The translations under genes and the position numbers were made by a program. DNA of 64,000 nucleotides from assembly GCA_965235115.1 (NCBI GenBank), contig OZ249441.1, positions 30,442,001-30,506,000 on the forward strand. Reading direction: 5' to 3'. Below the pieces are notes generated by a model, which made no database searches, had not been told where the DNA came from, and saw nothing but the letters and a program-made list of their open reading frames with translations. This DNA comes from Laetmonice hystrix. Lineage: Eukaryota. Positions 63,613 to 64,000 of the stretch are shown in pieces (the first letter of the stretch is position 1; each line of letters starts with the position of its first letter).

Positions 63613-64000
63613 AGATAACGTCCGGGCTATGAATCTTTACTTTCGACCAAATTTCGTGGGTTTTAAGTTACCACGGGGGATTGTATACCAGCCGGCAGCA
63701 TTGACTTTCAGATGTATGATAAATGAGGTGCAAGAAGGACCGCCTTGTCATTCTGTTTCCGTAACCGTGGCCATAAGGCTAATCGGAACCGTTGTATGTT
63801 TATTATTATATAGGAACCAGTGTATACATTGTTACGTGGTGACAGTCAATTTCTGGCTGATACGGTCATAATCTGAACTCATGCAGACTTGTAGAGAGAT
63901 AATAGTGCAGGGAAACATGAATCGGCCGCCTCTTCGTGGTGAAGTATAGACCCTGCCTAAGGTGCTAATGGAGCATTGGCCTTTTATATGCAAATGTGTC

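Overview
This is eukaryotic genomic DNA from a bilaterian invertebrate. It has GT-AG introns, is rich in MITEs and minisatellites, and has one 139-nt N gap; I cannot fix the species from the sequence. The left 25 kb holds a compact minus-strand CEP290 gene. I traced 46 coding exons by hand into one open frame of 2169 codons (24055 down to 4973), and the C-terminal ~330 aa are not found in the window. CEP290 sits head-to-head with a two-exon AP-4 beta (AP4B1-like) gene of 552 aa that appears to lack the hinge and ear. From 28 to 64 kb the DNA is repeat-rich: hAT, Academ-like and other MITEs, foldback elements, minisatellites and a LINE remnant. It also carries an unrecognised two-exon gene for a ~200-aa secreted 10-cysteine, His-rich protein split by a ~15-kb intron. 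The most notable observations are this orphan secreted protein, the ear-less beta4-adaptin, a minisatellite built from copies of a CEP290 splice acceptor, a divergent pair of near-consensus CTCF motifs, and a 1.2-kb foldback element in the secreted gene's intron. No tRNA, rRNA or CRISPR array is supported.
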